From Rhodospirillales bacterium (lineage in GTDB: Bacteria; Pseudomonadota; Alphaproteobacteria; Bin95), in contig VMCJ01000071.1 of the NCBI GenBank assembly GCA_008081395.1, positions 27,420 through 91,419 of the forward strand: DNA of 64,000 bases. Reading direction: 5' to 3'. Every line of letters begins with the position of its first letter. The first letter of the stretch is position 1. This document shows positions 31,109-40,532 of this stretch, one piece after another. Made by a program: the position numbers and the translations under genes. Under the pieces are notes generated by a model. It was not told where the DNA came from. It did not search any database and saw only the letters and a list, made by a program, of their open reading frames with translations.

Positions 31109-32350
31109 TCCATTTTTATCTACAGCGCTGCGAAGAGCCGCTTGGGATTCTGGGTCTGCTATAGATATCAGGGCTTCTGCTCTTTCTTCGAGAGTTAGGC
31201 CCGCAAGCTCCGCAATTCCATTCTCTGTTACAACTGTATCTGCATCTGCCCTTGGGCCTGTTACCGGCCCTGATAACCTCGATACAATCTTAGTTTTTCT
31301 TGCTTTTCCAGCTGTTGAACTAAGCGCAATAATTGCGCGCCCGTTCGGAGAAAGTAATCCGGCTCTATGGAAATCTAACTGGCCACCAATGGCTCCTAGA
31401 TACCTTCCATTTGCCGCTTCTGCGCCCACTTGGCCAGAAAGATCAACCTCAAGCGCCGAATTTATCGCGAAAAAACAATTAAAATTAGATAGGGTATTAG
31501 CGCTGTGGGTATACGTACCAGCTCTCATGATTAAGTCTGGATTTCTATCTACAAAGTCGTATAGCCGGCGGGACCCATATAAAGCTGTCGCCACATGTTT
31601 GTTCTGATCAATCTCTTTATATTTGTTCGAAACAGCTCCAGCCTCGACTAGATCAACAATACTGTCAGCAAAACTGCCAGAATGAAGGCCAAGGTCGCGC
31701 TTTTTTGCAAGTGCAGCAGCCACGGCGTCAGGCAGTGAACCTACACCATATTGCACAGTAGCCCTGTCAGGTACCAACCTGGCAACATTTGCGGCAACTG
31801 CGTGATCAATTGGTCCTGGCGCACGAGAAACCCACTCAGCTGGTGCTTTTACAGCGTTAACTGTACCCCTAAAGCTTGATAGTGGCAGAACGGCATCACC
31901 TTGTGTCCATGGCATAAAAGGATTTATTTCCGCGAAAGCTACCTTTGCCTCCCGGATTGCGGCGGGAAGATGGTCGACAGTAACCCCTAGGCTTACGTTT
32001 CCTTCAGAGTCCGGCGGTGTGACAGAACAAAGAGTAATTGCTGGCTTAAGCTTGCCTTCGAATAACCGTGAATAATCTGAAAAACGGGCAGGTGCTACGG
32101 CTAGGCGACCTTTTTGAAATAGTTGACCATTTGCGCCAAATCCATCCATGGAAAGAAATCGGATGTGTTCATTGGCAAGCCGCGTTTCAGCATCGCCCAG
32201 AGGGAAACTGGTCAGCACCCTAATCCCTTCGATGCCCTTTGCAGCATTGAAAAGTGCTGCTGTCAGTTTTGTAGGTTCAGCTCCAAGCTGCGCTACAACA
32301 ACTAGGTCACCTGGCTCCAGATACTTCCGGAAATCTATCGAGTTAGGCAT
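31100..32350 (-). CDS. Acetyl-CoA hydrolase/transferase family protein (4-hydroxybutyrate CoA-transferase-like)
   Basis: 416 aa; family-level similarity in the N- and C-terminal CoA-transferase domains. Confidence 0.7.
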   Translation of the reverse strand: MPNSIDFRKYLEPGDLVVVAQLGAEPTKLTAALFNAAKGIEGIRVLTSFPLGDAETRLANEHIRFLSMDGFGANGQLFQKGRLAVAPARFSDYSRLFEGKLKPAITLCSVTPPDSEGNVSLGVTVDHLPAAIREAKVAFAEINPFMPWTQGDAVLPLSSFRGTVNAVKAPAEWVSRAPGPIDHAVAANVARLVPDRATVQYGVGSLPDAVAAALAKKRDLGLHSGSFADSIVDLVEAGAVSNKYKEIDQNKHVATALYGSRRLYDFVDRNPDLIMRAGTYTHSANTLSNFNCFFAINSALEVDLSGQVGAEAANGRYLGAIGGQLDFHRAGLLSPNGRAIIALSSTAGKARKTKIVSRLSGPVTGPRADADTVVTENGIAELAGLTLEERAEALISIADPESQAALRSAVDKNGLV

Positions 32351-32359
32351 TAAGCAAAA

Positions 32360-33100
32360 TCAACCGTGCATTGTAAGGCCGCCTGAAACGCTCAATACTT
32401 GACCGGTAACATAATCGGCACGGTTGCTTGCAAAATAAAGAATCCCATCTGCAATATCCTGAGGCTGAGCTAACCTTCGAAACGGAATTGCGCGAAGCAA
32501 TGCTTCTTTTAGGCGCTCATTTTGCCCCTGAAACAAGGGTGTATCAGTTGGCCCTGGCGCCACAACATTCACGCAAACGCCGTGCCGGGCCATTTCGCGG
32601 GCGAGTGACTTTGAAAAAGCAATTACACCGCCTTTTGCGCCGGCATAAACAGTCTCTCCCATCGAGCCAACCCTGCCTGCGTCAGACGACACATTAACGA
32701 TTTTGGCACCCTTTCCACCTTCAATAATTGGTTTCAACAATGCTTGGCAAACCCGCACCTGGCCGAGATAATTGAGTTGAACAATCTTCTCAATAAACTC
32801 AGGTGAATTCTCCATGAATGGCTCGGTTTTGTCCCAACCTGCTACGTTTACAATTATGTCCATAGGACCGTGGTCATTTGTTAGCTGATTTGCACAAGAA
32901 ATTATGGCGTCTGGATCCGTCACATCTAAGGTTCTGAATTCACCACTTTTCAAATCCTTGGCCAACTTAGTGCCTGCGGATTCATCTATGTCTGTCGCGA
33001 TAACGTAAGCACCAGCTTCGGCTAGCGTTGTAGCAGTTGCTCGGCCAATTCCGGAGGCGGCGCCAGTTACGAACGCTTTTTTATTACTAAGATTAATCAT
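32360..33100 (-). CDS. Short-chain dehydrogenase/reductase (SDR)
   Basis: TGAASGIGRA cofactor motif and YAGAK catalytic motif. Confidence 0.8.
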   Translation of the reverse strand: MINLSNKKAFVTGAASGIGRATATTLAEAGAYVIATDIDESAGTKLAKDLKSGEFRTLDVTDPDAIISCANQLTNDHGPMDIIVNVAGWDKTEPFMENSPEFIEKIVQLNYLGQVRVCQALLKPIIEGGKGAKIVNVSSDAGRVGSMGETVYAGAKGGVIAFSKSLAREMARHGVCVNVVAPGPTDTPLFQGQNERLKEALLRAIPFRRLAQPQDIADGILYFASNRADYVTGQVLSVSGGLTMHG

Positions 33101-33111
33101 GTTGAGTTTCC

Positions 33112-33561
33112 TTAGGCCGAGTTTTCTTTTGGATGATTGGGTTGCCAGCGAGTTGGCCAGGGCTGGCCCATGTCAGTTAATACAAGATTGAGCTTTTCGA
33201 CTTGTACTCGGATAGCTTTATCTTCCGAAAACAAGAGATCGACACCTCCATCAAAAGCTTTCAAGCTCAACATGGAAAGAATTTCTGATCGATTTTGTAG
33301 ATTTAATGAGCGTGATTGGACGTTGATGACATTTTCAATCTTTAGCAAAGTATGTGTGCGGAAATAAATAGGACTGTTGTCCAGAACTTCTTCGCTTGCT
33401 TCCCACATAAACCGGTTAAAGGCGAGCGCGAATTCTTTTTTGCTTTTTAGCCAGGCGATATCTCCAACTGGAATTATCGCATCCTGTAAACAAGTAGCCA
33501 TAATCGTTAAGTCGGTTTCATCTTTTGCAAATAATCGGAGTGGGCGGATGGGATTAGACAT
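33112..33561 (-). CDS. Conserved hypothetical protein (DUF2948-like), 149 aa
   Basis: No catalytic motif recognised; its start codon shares one base with the murA stop (33561). Confidence 0.5.
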   Translation of the reverse strand: MSNPIRPLRLFAKDETDLTIMATCLQDAIIPVGDIAWLKSKKEFALAFNRFMWEASEEVLDNSPIYFRTHTLLKIENVINVQSRSLNLQNRSEILSMLSLKAFDGGVDLLFSEDKAIRVQVEKLNLVLTDMGQPWPTRWQPNHPKENSA

Positions 33562-34841
33562 TATGCTTCTTTCTCCCTCCTAATTTCCGCCCCACAAGCT
33601 TTTAGTTTGTTTTCTACCTGATCATATCCGCGGTCCAGATGATAAATTCTATTGACGATAGTCTCGCCCTCGGCCGCCAATCCCGCGAGAACAAGACTTA
33701 CAGAAGCCCGTAAGTCTGTCGCCATCACGGGCGCACCTCTCAGGTTGGAAGTGCCGCGGATCATTGCTGAGGATCCGTGAATATTAATGTTTGCGCCCAT
33801 GCGTGTAAGTTCAGGCACATGCATAAACCGGTTCTCAAAAATTGTTTCTGTGACCATAGACGCGCCATCAGCAGTGGTCATCAACGCCATAAACTGGGCT
33901 TGTAAGTCGGTTGGGAAGCCTGGATATGGTTCAGTCATGACATCTACGCCTACTAATCGGTCTCGCAAACGGCTCACACGTAAACCACGCTCTGTCTCAG
34001 TTAAGTTGACACCACATTCTTTCAAAATAGTTGCAGCGGCCTCGATGTGGGATAATTTGGCACCAAGGAGCTCTACATTGCCAGAAGTCATTGCTGCTGC
34101 CATTGCAAAGGTACCGGCTTCTATTCGATCTGGTAAAACTGAATGATTTGTATGACTTAGTCCCGGTTTACCTTGGATATAAATCGTATCTGAGCCAGCG
34201 CCAGTGATCTCAGCGCCCATACCGATCAAGCATTTGGCAAGATCTGCGATTTCTGGTTCCCGCGCGGCGTTGATTAGAGTGGTTTCACCATTGGCGAGTG
34301 CAGCAGCCATCATGGCATTTTCTGTTGCGCCCACAGAAATCGTTGGAAACGTGATGCGGCTGCCGTGAAGACCCTTTGGAGCAAATGCATGGATGTATCC
34401 TGCCTCTAGCTCGATTTGAGCTCCCATGCTCTCTAATGCCATTAAGTGCAGGTCTACCGGTCGATTGCCAATAGCGCAGCCTCCGGGAAGTGACACTTTG
34501 GCCTCTCCTGCGCGGGCAACGAGTGGCCCCAAAACCAAAACCGAAGCTCTCATTTTTCGAACAATGTCATACGGCGCTTCAATATTGGTGATTTCTTGAG
34601 CGTGAATTCTAACGGTTTGACCTTGGTTATTTTCATCTCGCTTTATGGTTAACTCAGCACCTAATTCATTTAGGAGATCTGCCATTGAAGCGATGTCGGC
34701 TAGGTTAGGCACATTTGCGAGAGTCAGCCCATCATCTGATAGCAATCCAGCTGCCATTAGGGGCAAAGCAGCATTTTTAGCTCCACTGATTGGGATTTCG
34801 CCCACAAGAGGGTGTCCACCACTGATGCGTAGGCGATCCAT
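33561..34841 (-). CDS. murA: UDP-N-acetylglucosamine 1-carboxyvinyltransferase
   Basis: MurA N-terminus [26 protein letters not shown] and active-site Cys region ([13 protein letters not shown]). Confidence 0.95.
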   Translation of the reverse strand: MDRLRISGGHPLVGEIPISGAKNAALPLMAAGLLSDDGLTLANVPNLADIASMADLLNELGAELTIKRDENNQGQTVRIHAQEITNIEAPYDIVRKMRASVLVLGPLVARAGEAKVSLPGGCAIGNRPVDLHLMALESMGAQIELEAGYIHAFAPKGLHGSRITFPTISVGATENAMMAAALANGETTLINAAREPEIADLAKCLIGMGAEITGAGSDTIYIQGKPGLSHTNHSVLPDRIEAGTFAMAAAMTSGNVELLGAKLSHIEAAATILKECGVNLTETERGLRVSRLRDRLVGVDVMTEPYPGFPTDLQAQFMALMTTADGASMVTETIFENRFMHVPELTRMGANINIHGSSAMIRGTSNLRGAPVMATDLRASVSLVLAGLAAEGETIVNRIYHLDRGYDQVENKLKACGAEIRREKEA

Positions 34842-34976
34842 TGATATTCAGAAACCTTGGTTAGTTACCTTGAGAACACTATCAGAGACTAAACTGATGC
34901 GAGCATCTCGTCACCAATCTATTTATCCACTCTTTATTGCTGATAATTTGGCAACAATGTGAAAACCGTGCCCCAT

Positions 34977-36002
34977 TTAGCTTGGATTTCCCACGGGAAG
35001 CCAAAGAACATCCTCAATGTGCTGTGCTCCAGTTGCTAGCATAACAGCCCTGTCAAAACCCATTGCAACCCCGGAACCTGATGGAAGGCCGTGAGCAACT
35101 GCATTGAGAAAATCTTCATCAATTTTGCGTGATCCACCGGTCGCGGTTATGGCGTTGAGGTCTGCATTAAACCTCCGCTTATATTCTTCGGGATCGGTAA
35201 GTTCACCAAAACCATTCGCAAGCTCTACACCGTCAGCAAAAACTTCAAAGCGTTCCGCGGCTAGAGGAAATAATGGATCTATCTGCGCAAGGGCTGCCAT
35301 TCGAGCCGGGTAGTGGTGCAAAACTAAAGGTTTATTTGTTCCAAGGTGTGGCTCTATTCGGTTTAAGAGACAACGAAAAAAAATGTCGTCCCAGTTATCT
35401 TTTTCGTCAGTTTTTATCCCTGCCGTGTTAGCGGCACTGCGCAAAGCTTCCTCGTCGTTCTGAAGGGGCAGTGGATCGAAACCGAGTTTTTGCTGAAAGG
35501 CGCCTGAGACAGTTAACCAATCCGCTGCCGCCTGGGGATCAAATTTGCCAGATTGAAGTAACGGGAAAGCAGCTTTGGCTGCGACTTTAAGGAGGCGGAG
35601 AGTATCAATAGCCCCTTGTTTCCAACTACTGCCGGGACGATACCATTCCAACATCGTGAATTCGGGATGGTGGGTCGCCGAGCGTTCGCCGTTTCGATAA
35701 ACCCGTGCGATTTGGAAAATGGGACCGGCACCGGCAGCTAGCAGTTTTTTCATCGCAAATTCTGGGCTTGTATGAAGCCCCATCACTTGAGAGCTGCCAT
35801 CAGGCTCAACAAGAGTGGTTTCGAAGGGATTTAAGTTCGGTTCCATACCAGGCGATATTTGAAGAGCAGGCGTCTCTACCTCAGAAAAACCTTGCTCATC
35901 AAACCACTGTCGCATGGCCTTCAAAATGCGATTACGGGCCATAAGATAGGGGCGACGCCGCTCGAATTTATCGGGTCGCCAGGCGGGTGCGCTTCCTGTC
36001 AT
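34977..36002 (-). CDS. epmA: EF-P--(R)-beta-lysine ligase (truncated LysRS paralogue, GenX/PoxA)
   Basis: Class II aaRS catalytic core without an anticodon-binding domain; 341 aa; adjacent to epmB and efp. Confidence 0.8.
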   Translation of the reverse strand: MTGSAPAWRPDKFERRRPYLMARNRILKAMRQWFDEQGFSEVETPALQISPGMEPNLNPFETTLVEPDGSSQVMGLHTSPEFAMKKLLAAGAGPIFQIARVYRNGERSATHHPEFTMLEWYRPGSSWKQGAIDTLRLLKVAAKAAFPLLQSGKFDPQAAADWLTVSGAFQQKLGFDPLPLQNDEEALRSAANTAGIKTDEKDNWDDIFFRCLLNRIEPHLGTNKPLVLHHYPARMAALAQIDPLFPLAAERFEVFADGVELANGFGELTDPEEYKRRFNADLNAITATGGSRKIDEDFLNAVAHGLPSGSGVAMGFDRAVMLATGAQHIEDVLWLPVGNPS

Positions 36003-37090
36003 CGCTAGATCCCCTTATAGAAAGCGGTATGAACGCTAAACCTGCTCTTATTTCTGCTCAAGCACTGGTTGGTGCTGGGCTTATAGATGCCGAAGCCGCT
36101 AAGCAAGCTGAGTCAGTCGGCCGCCACTACGCAATTCGGGTCACACCAGCAATGGCAGCACTGATTGATTCTTATGGTGAACCAATCAAGAAGCAATTTC
36201 TGCCGGACATTAGTGAACTCACACAAATGCCGGAAGAGTTGTCTGATCCCATTGGCGATGATGCACACAGTCCAACCCCAGGGCTTGTACATCGATACCC
36301 TGACCGTGTTTTACTTAAACCAATAAGTGTTTGCCCCGTATACTGTCGATATTGCTTTAGAAGAGAGACAGTCGGTTCTGCTCCAGCTATGAAACCGACA
36401 GAGATCTCTGATGCTGTGGCTTACATCGCCAACCACCCAGAGATCTGGGAGGTTGTTTTGACTGGTGGCGATCCACTCATGCTGAAGCCGCCGAGCCTTG
36501 CAAGGATCATCAAGCAGCTGGAGGTGATTTCCCATGTTAAGATCCTGCGCATCCATACGCGCGTTCCAATTGCAGACCCTGACAGAGTTTCACCTGAATT
36601 GGTGGCGGCAGTTAAGGGGACAGGAAGGCTCTCGTCTTATGTCGCTATTCATTGCAACCATGCCAGTGAACTTACTGAAGCAGCAGTAAAAGCTGCTGCA
36701 CTTTTTGCTGATGCAGGTATTCCTTTGTTAGGACAGTCTGTGCTGTTGGCGGGCGTAAATGCTGAGATTGGTCCTCTAGAAGATTTGATGCGAGCGTTGG
36801 TTGCCTCTCGTATTCGGCCTTATTATCTGCATCATTTGGATTTAGCGCCTGGGACAGCTCGGTTTCGTGTTGATATTTCGGTTGGGCAGGAACTGATGAA
36901 AGCGCTTCGCGGAAGAGTGTCGGGTCTTTGTCAGCCAACGTACGTTTTGGATGTGCCAGGGGGATATGGAAAATCACCTCTCACGCCCAGCTATGTGCAG
37001 GCGTCTGAAAAAGGAAATTGGGTCATTAGTGACCCCTTTGGGCAAGAACACCGATACCCACCGCCGGTTGCGGGTTTAGTCGACGACTGA
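35987..37090 (+). CDS. epmB: EF-P beta-lysylation protein EpmB (lysine 2,3-aminomutase family, radical SAM)
   Basis: CPVYCRYCFRR radical-SAM cluster motif; the true start is probably the Met at 36029 (MNAKPALIS), which removes the 16-bp divergent overlap with epmA. Confidence 0.8.
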   Translation: MRFLSSLDPLIESGMNAKPALISAQALVGAGLIDAEAAKQAESVGRHYAIRVTPAMAALIDSYGEPIKKQFLPDISELTQMPEELSDPIGDDAHSPTPGLVHRYPDRVLLKPISVCPVYCRYCFRRETVGSAPAMKPTEISDAVAYIANHPEIWEVVLTGGDPLMLKPPSLARIIKQLEVISHVKILRIHTRVPIADPDRVSPELVAAVKGTGRLSSYVAIHCNHASELTEAAVKAAALFADAGIPLLGQSVLLAGVNAEIGPLEDLMRALVASRIRPYYLHHLDLAPGTARFRVDISVGQELMKALRGRVSGLCQPTYVLDVPGGYGKSPLTPSYVQASEKGNWVISDPFGQEHRYPPPVAGLVDD

Positions 37091-37136
37091 TAGAAGCACC
37101 TCGATTTAGTTTCGAAACGGATATAACGGGGCCATT

Positions 37137-37703
37137 ATGAAGGTCATCGCAAACACACTGCGTGCTGGCCACGCAATTGAGCATGATAGTCGCCATTACA
37201 TGGTGATAAAACACGAGCTGATTTTACCCGGCAAGGGGAATGCTTTTATTGCGCTTGATATGCGCGATGTGATGACGGGAACCAAAACTAATGTTCGTTT
37301 TCGAACAGGCGATACAGTAGAGCGATTGCATACTGATGAGCGTGAAGTTCAATTCCTCTATCGCGAGGGGGAATTGTTTACTTTCATGGACAATGAAACA
37401 TACGATCAGTTCACCATGGATGGTGAGACCGTCGGTGAAAAAGCAGATTTTTTGCAGGATGGCATGGCTATTCGAATCAACACAGTGGATGGAACTCCAA
37501 TTGGGGTTACCCTCCCAACAACAGTTGTCCTAGAGGTAGTTGAAGCTGATCCAGTGGTGAAAGGCCAAACGGCAAGCGCTTCTTACAAGCCAGCTATGCT
37601 AGAAAACGGTATGCGTATCTCAGTGCCTCCTCATATTGTTACTGGCACACGCATTGTTGTTCATACAGAAAACCGTGAATATGTAGAGCGGGCAAAAGAC
37701 TAG
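37137..37703 (+). CDS. efp: Elongation factor P
   Basis: 188 aa; conserved loop LPGKGNAF, where the Lys corresponds to E. coli K34, the beta-lysylation site. Confidence 0.95.
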   Translation: MKVIANTLRAGHAIEHDSRHYMVIKHELILPGKGNAFIALDMRDVMTGTKTNVRFRTGDTVERLHTDEREVQFLYREGELFTFMDNETYDQFTMDGETVGEKADFLQDGMAIRINTVDGTPIGVTLPTTVVLEVVEADPVVKGQTASASYKPAMLENGMRISVPPHIVTGTRIVVHTENREYVERAKD

Positions 37704-37725
37704 TCTCGCCCATAGAGAGATAAAA

Positions 37726-38514
37726 ATGCGCCGCACACCCGTAATGACCATGATGATTCGTGCGGCTGAGAAGGCTGGACGTGCGGTTGTTCGTGACTTT
37801 GGAGAGGTTGAACATCTCCAGGCATCGAATAAAGGCCCCCGCGATTTTGTCGAAAAGGCAGACGAAAAAGCTTCTCGTATTTTACAAGAAGAGCTTGAAA
37901 AAGCCCGCCCTCGCTTTGGCCTCCTAATGGATGGTTTGGATGAGATAATCGGAGCAGATACCTCTCACCGCTTTATTGCTGACCCCATAGATGGCGCTAC
38001 CAATTTCATGCATGGTTTGCCTCAATTCGCAGTTTCTGTGGCTTTGGAAGAAAGTCGTGAGGTCATAGCTGGGGTCGTTTATAACCCGGTTACAGATGAA
38101 CTTTTTTGGGCTGAGCGTAATGAGGGCGCTTACCTTCATGACCGCCGCATCCGCGTTTCGAGGAGAACGCACCTTTCTGAAGCATTAGTTGCGGGAGCAC
38201 CCTTTCTTCATGATTCTCATAACCCAGATCAATGGTCTGGGATTTTCAATCGGCTAGCCCAAAGTTGTACAATACGAATCGTGGGCGCAGCTTCTATTAG
38301 TTTGGTGCAGGTAGCAGCGGGAAAACTTGATGGTTACGTAGATGCTGGCCTCAAGCCCTGGGAATTCGCTGCGGGTTCAATCATTCTGCAAGAAGCAGGT
38401 GGCATTATTACTGATTTGAACGGTGGGGCTGGATGGCTAAAATCTGGCGAATTGGTTGCAGCCTCGGGAGAACTTCACGGGCAGATTTTATCGACGTCGA
38501 TTAGACAAGCCTAA
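37726..38514 (+). CDS. suhB: Inositol monophosphatase family protein (SuhB-like)
   Basis: IMPase motifs DPIDGT and WDFAAG-like (WEFAAGS). Confidence 0.8.
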   Translation: MRRTPVMTMMIRAAEKAGRAVVRDFGEVEHLQASNKGPRDFVEKADEKASRILQEELEKARPRFGLLMDGLDEIIGADTSHRFIADPIDGATNFMHGLPQFAVSVALEESREVIAGVVYNPVTDELFWAERNEGAYLHDRRIRVSRRTHLSEALVAGAPFLHDSHNPDQWSGIFNRLAQSCTIRIVGAASISLVQVAAGKLDGYVDAGLKPWEFAAGSIILQEAGGIITDLNGGAGWLKSGELVAASGELHGQILSTSIRQA

Positions 38515-38592
38515 CCATCCTCAGTTGAGGTTAGCCTAGAGCTTCGCTAAGATCCTTCAGCGTAGAACCTGCTTTCAGCAATTGAACTGGAA

Positions 38593-39357
38593 ATGATGAG
38601 TTCAAAACATCATTGCACGGGCCCATTGAATACCCGCTTTAGGCAGCTTTGCGGGATGATTTTATTGTTATCTCTGCTTCCATGTGGCTACCTCCAGTCA
38701 TCAGCGCTTGCGAGTGAGCGTCAGTTAGCCCCAGCCCTCAACTTGAAAGAAGCAAAATCTCTCTCGCATAACAACGAGAGGCTCCACAATGATTTGCCCC
38801 CTTTCCCACCGCGCCGCCCAGACTTTTCGAACAAACACAATTCGTCTTTGAGCCAAAAGACGGTTGTTATAGTTCCGTTGCCCCCTGTAAGGCAGGCGCC
38901 ATTTTCTTCTAAGACACGCTCAAAAGACGAGGCGCCAAGCACAGAGTTCCCTGTTGCTGATCTATCGACGCTAGATTCTACCGATAAAAATACCCCCATT
39001 AGCAAAGAGGATGTCTCTACAAATCCCTTACAAAAATTAGCTGCCGTACCGGAAAGATTTGAAGCAGAAATACTTTTTGCCAAAGGTATTAATTTACTCC
39101 ACGGAGGTGATGAGCAACTTCTTGTTCAGGTCGTTAAGCGCAGCACAGGAGCGTCCAATTTTACTATCCATTTATTTGGCGGATCCAGCATCAGTGAAAA
39201 AGCTTCTGCCCGTCAGGAAGCTCTCTCAAGGGCGATCGCAGTTTATCAATATTTAGTTAGTAGTGGGGTCCCGAGTTCATCAATTGCAGTCAAACCTGTT
39301 TCAAATGATGATAGTCGGGATACGGTAGTTATTTATTTGGAGGCATCCAAAACATGA
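38593..39357 (+). CDS. Secreted Pro-rich hypothetical protein with a degenerate OmpA-like C-terminal region
   Basis: N-terminal signal-like segment (ILLLSLLPCGYLQSSALA), Pro-rich linker, C-terminus ALSRAIAVYQYLVSSGVPSSSIAV reminiscent of OmpA-domain helices; 4-bp overlap with the next gene. Confidence 0.5.
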   Translation: MMSSKHHCTGPLNTRFRQLCGMILLLSLLPCGYLQSSALASERQLAPALNLKEAKSLSHNNERLHNDLPPFPPRRPDFSNKHNSSLSQKTVVIVPLPPVRQAPFSSKTRSKDEAPSTEFPVADLSTLDSTDKNTPISKEDVSTNPLQKLAAVPERFEAEILFAKGINLLHGGDEQLLVQVVKRSTGASNFTIHLFGGSSISEKASARQEALSRAIAVYQYLVSSGVPSSSIAVKPVSNDDSRDTVVIYLEASKT

Positions 39358-40532
39358 GCTCCAACCTGACACGTCCAGGAAGATTCCTTCTACGAATGGC
39401 GCTTTTCATGGCTGCGGCAATTGCGGCAGGGGCGGTTACTTGGCGGCCTGCTTTTGCAGCTTTTATGGCAAACCCAGCATTAAATGGGGTGATCGTTGGC
39501 GTATTTGTTGTCGGTGCCATCGTGTGCGTGAGACAGGCTTATAGTCTGAAAAATGAGGTGGAGTGGATTGAGCGGTTTCAAAGGCGTGGCACTCGGGAGC
39601 CACAAGGTCCTGGACCTCGTCTTTTAGCGCCAATTGCCGGCGCCCTAACGCAAGTTGAGGACAAGGTTAGCCTTCATGCAACATCTGCTCGTGCGCTGCT
39701 TGATGGTTTGGGAAGCAGGCTAGATGAAGCACGTGAATTAGCACGTTATTTGGTTGGGCTTTTAATTTTCCTGGGCCTTTTGGGCACTTTTTGGGGGCTT
39801 TTAGAAACAGTCAGGTCTGTTTCACAAGTAGTCGATGGATTAGACGTAGGAGGAGATGCCGCAACAACCTTTGAAAGTTTGCGAGGGGGGCTTCGCGCGC
39901 CTTTGGACGGCATGGGCACAGCCTTTAGCTCCTCTCTCTTTGGTCTTGCGGGGGCTCTTGCTCTGGGATTTTTGGACCTTCAGGCAGGTCAGGCCCAGAA
40001 CCGGTTTTATAACGAGGTCGAGGATTGGCTTTCTTCGATTGCTACTTTTCAAAGTTTGCCAGCGTTATCGAGTCAGGCGGCCATCGGGCCGTCGCAGCCC
40101 TCTGCATATGTTGAGGCCTTGTTGGGGCAGACAGCAGAGATGCTGGACGACTTGCGTCGGCTTGTAGGTCGGTCGGAAGAAAAGCGCCGTGAGACAGACT
40201 TGGTGCTCACAGCCATGGGTGACCGGCTTCATAGTTTGGCTGATGGCCTTGAAACCCTGGGTCGTATTTCGGAACAGCAACAGCGTGCACTTGGTTTGTT
40301 GGCAGAGCGAGAAGATTCATCAGCTTTAGCGTTACAGACAATGACGGAACGTCTTGCGAATCCTGTAATCGACGCTGAAACTCGTCGTCAGCTGGCTCAA
40401 ATTGAGAGATTATTAGCCCGGCTAGGTGGAGCGGTCACAGCAGGCCAGTCAGAATTGACACAGGAATTGCGCAATGAACTGCGCCTTCTGGGCCGCACGT
40501 TAATCGGTCATACGGACGGCAGGACCGATTGA
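39354..40532 (+). CDS. MotA/TolQ/ExbB-family proton-channel protein with an extended (~180 aa) C-terminal cytoplasmic tail
   Basis: Four predicted TMs; TolQ/ExbB signature LGLLGTFWGLLETV; second signature helix GTAFSSSLFGLAGALALGFL. Confidence 0.75.
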   Translation: MSSNLTRPGRFLLRMALFMAAAIAAGAVTWRPAFAAFMANPALNGVIVGVFVVGAIVCVRQAYSLKNEVEWIERFQRRGTREPQGPGPRLLAPIAGALTQVEDKVSLHATSARALLDGLGSRLDEARELARYLVGLLIFLGLLGTFWGLLETVRSVSQVVDGLDVGGDAATTFESLRGGLRAPLDGMGTAFSSSLFGLAGALALGFLDLQAGQAQNRFYNEVEDWLSSIATFQSLPALSSQAAIGPSQPSAYVEALLGQTAEMLDDLRRLVGRSEEKRRETDLVLTAMGDRLHSLADGLETLGRISEQQQRALGLLAEREDSSALALQTMTERLANPVIDAETRRQLAQIERLLARLGGAVTAGQSELTQELRNELRLLGRTLIGHTDGRTD

